NCBI GenBank assembly: GCA_020059465.1
Contig: JAGVBZ010000003.1
Span: forward strand, 89,698 to 153,697
Source of the DNA: Brevinematales bacterium
GTDB lineage: Bacteria; Spirochaetota; Brevinematia; Brevinematales; GWF1-51-8
Direction of reading: 5' to 3'
Length of the DNA stretch: 64,000 bases
Positions 63,657 through 64,000 of this stretch are shown in pieces; the first letter of the stretch is position 1, and every line of letters starts with the position of its first letter. The notes below the pieces were generated by a model that saw only the letters and a program-made list of their open reading frames with translations, made no database searches and had not been told where the DNA came from. Position numbers and translations under genes: made by a program.

Positions 63657-64000
63657 ATGGCTCTCGAGGATATAAAAAAGAAAATAATCTCGGATGCCCG
63701 TGAAAAGAAGCATGTGCTTCTCGAACAGGCTGAGACGAAGAAAGCCGATGTAATCGACGGCTATAAAAAACAGGCGGGCGCATACCGGAAGGTCATGCTC
63801 GAACGGACTGAGGCCGACGGGCAGGGTATCAAGCGAGGTATTATCACCGACGCGCGCCTGCGGGTAAAGAACGAGCTGCTCTCGAAGAAACGTGAGATTA
63901 TGGCGGGCGTTACCTCGGACGCGAAGAGTAAATTTATCGCATCGCCCGATTATCCCGCGATGATGAAATCCCTTGTGCTCAAGTCCCTCACTTCCCGTGA
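63657..64000 (+). CDS. ntpE: V-type ATPase subunit E (3'-truncated by window end)
   Basis: ATG at 63657 preceded by AAGGAG. MALEDIKKKIISDAREKK... is a helical K/E-rich N-terminus typical of subunit E. The frame is open to the window end, which explains its absence from the ORF track. Confidence 0.7.
   Translation, partial: MALEDIKKKIISDAREKKHVLLEQAETKKADVIDGYKKQAGAYRKVMLERTEADGQGIKRGIITDARLRVKNELLSKKREIMAGVTSDAKSKFIASPDYPAMMKSLVLKSLTSR

Overview
This is a 64-kb chromosomal segment from a diderm bacterium. Most genes are on the minus strand in tight operons, and many rho-independent terminators are readable. Most genes are roughly 50-60% GC by eye, with islands of about 30% and about 42% GC. 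A tamB-bamA-skp block, an ntpF-I-K-E type V-ATPase operon, MCPs and many lipoproteins are compatible with a Spirochaetota-like organism, but that guess is weak and untested.

Recognisable content:
- Housekeeping: purE, hemW, glgC, hisB-hisH-hisA, tRNA-Leu(CAG).
- Signalling: a REC-DHp protein, two tandem MCP paralogs and three tandem HD-GYP paralogs.
- Alpha-glucan theme: a 1335-aa lipoprotein GH13 amylase, glgC, and CBM-like modules on a metallophosphoesterase and a lipoprotein.
- Outer-membrane biogenesis block: M50 protease, TPR protein, lipoprotein, TamB, BamA and two Skp genes.
- Other: an MNT/HepT toxin-antitoxin pair, a CASTOR/POLLUX-like channel, and the start of a V-type ATPase operon with a Na+-type proteolipid signature.

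Best candidates for something undescribed:
1. A translationally coupled operon at 11.3-14.3 kb. It encodes an unknown 328-aa protein and a membrane protein with a textbook S4 voltage-sensor helix, no pore loop and a HAMP-like segment with no output domain, followed by hemW.
2. A ~42% GC surface cluster at 50.8-55.9 kb. A glucodextranase-C/SLH-like module appears both in a lipoprotein and fused to calcium-binding repeats and a ~600-aa C-terminal beta-barrel.
3. A ~30% GC single-gene island at 43.8-45.0 kb: a PD-(D/E)xK nuclease core behind a 225-aa unknown domain.
4. A 15-copy 22/23-nt tandem array upstream of a flippase gene.
5. A self-contained three-gene small-protein cassette.

All functional calls rest on motif recognition by eye. 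No database search, HMM scan or structure prediction was run.
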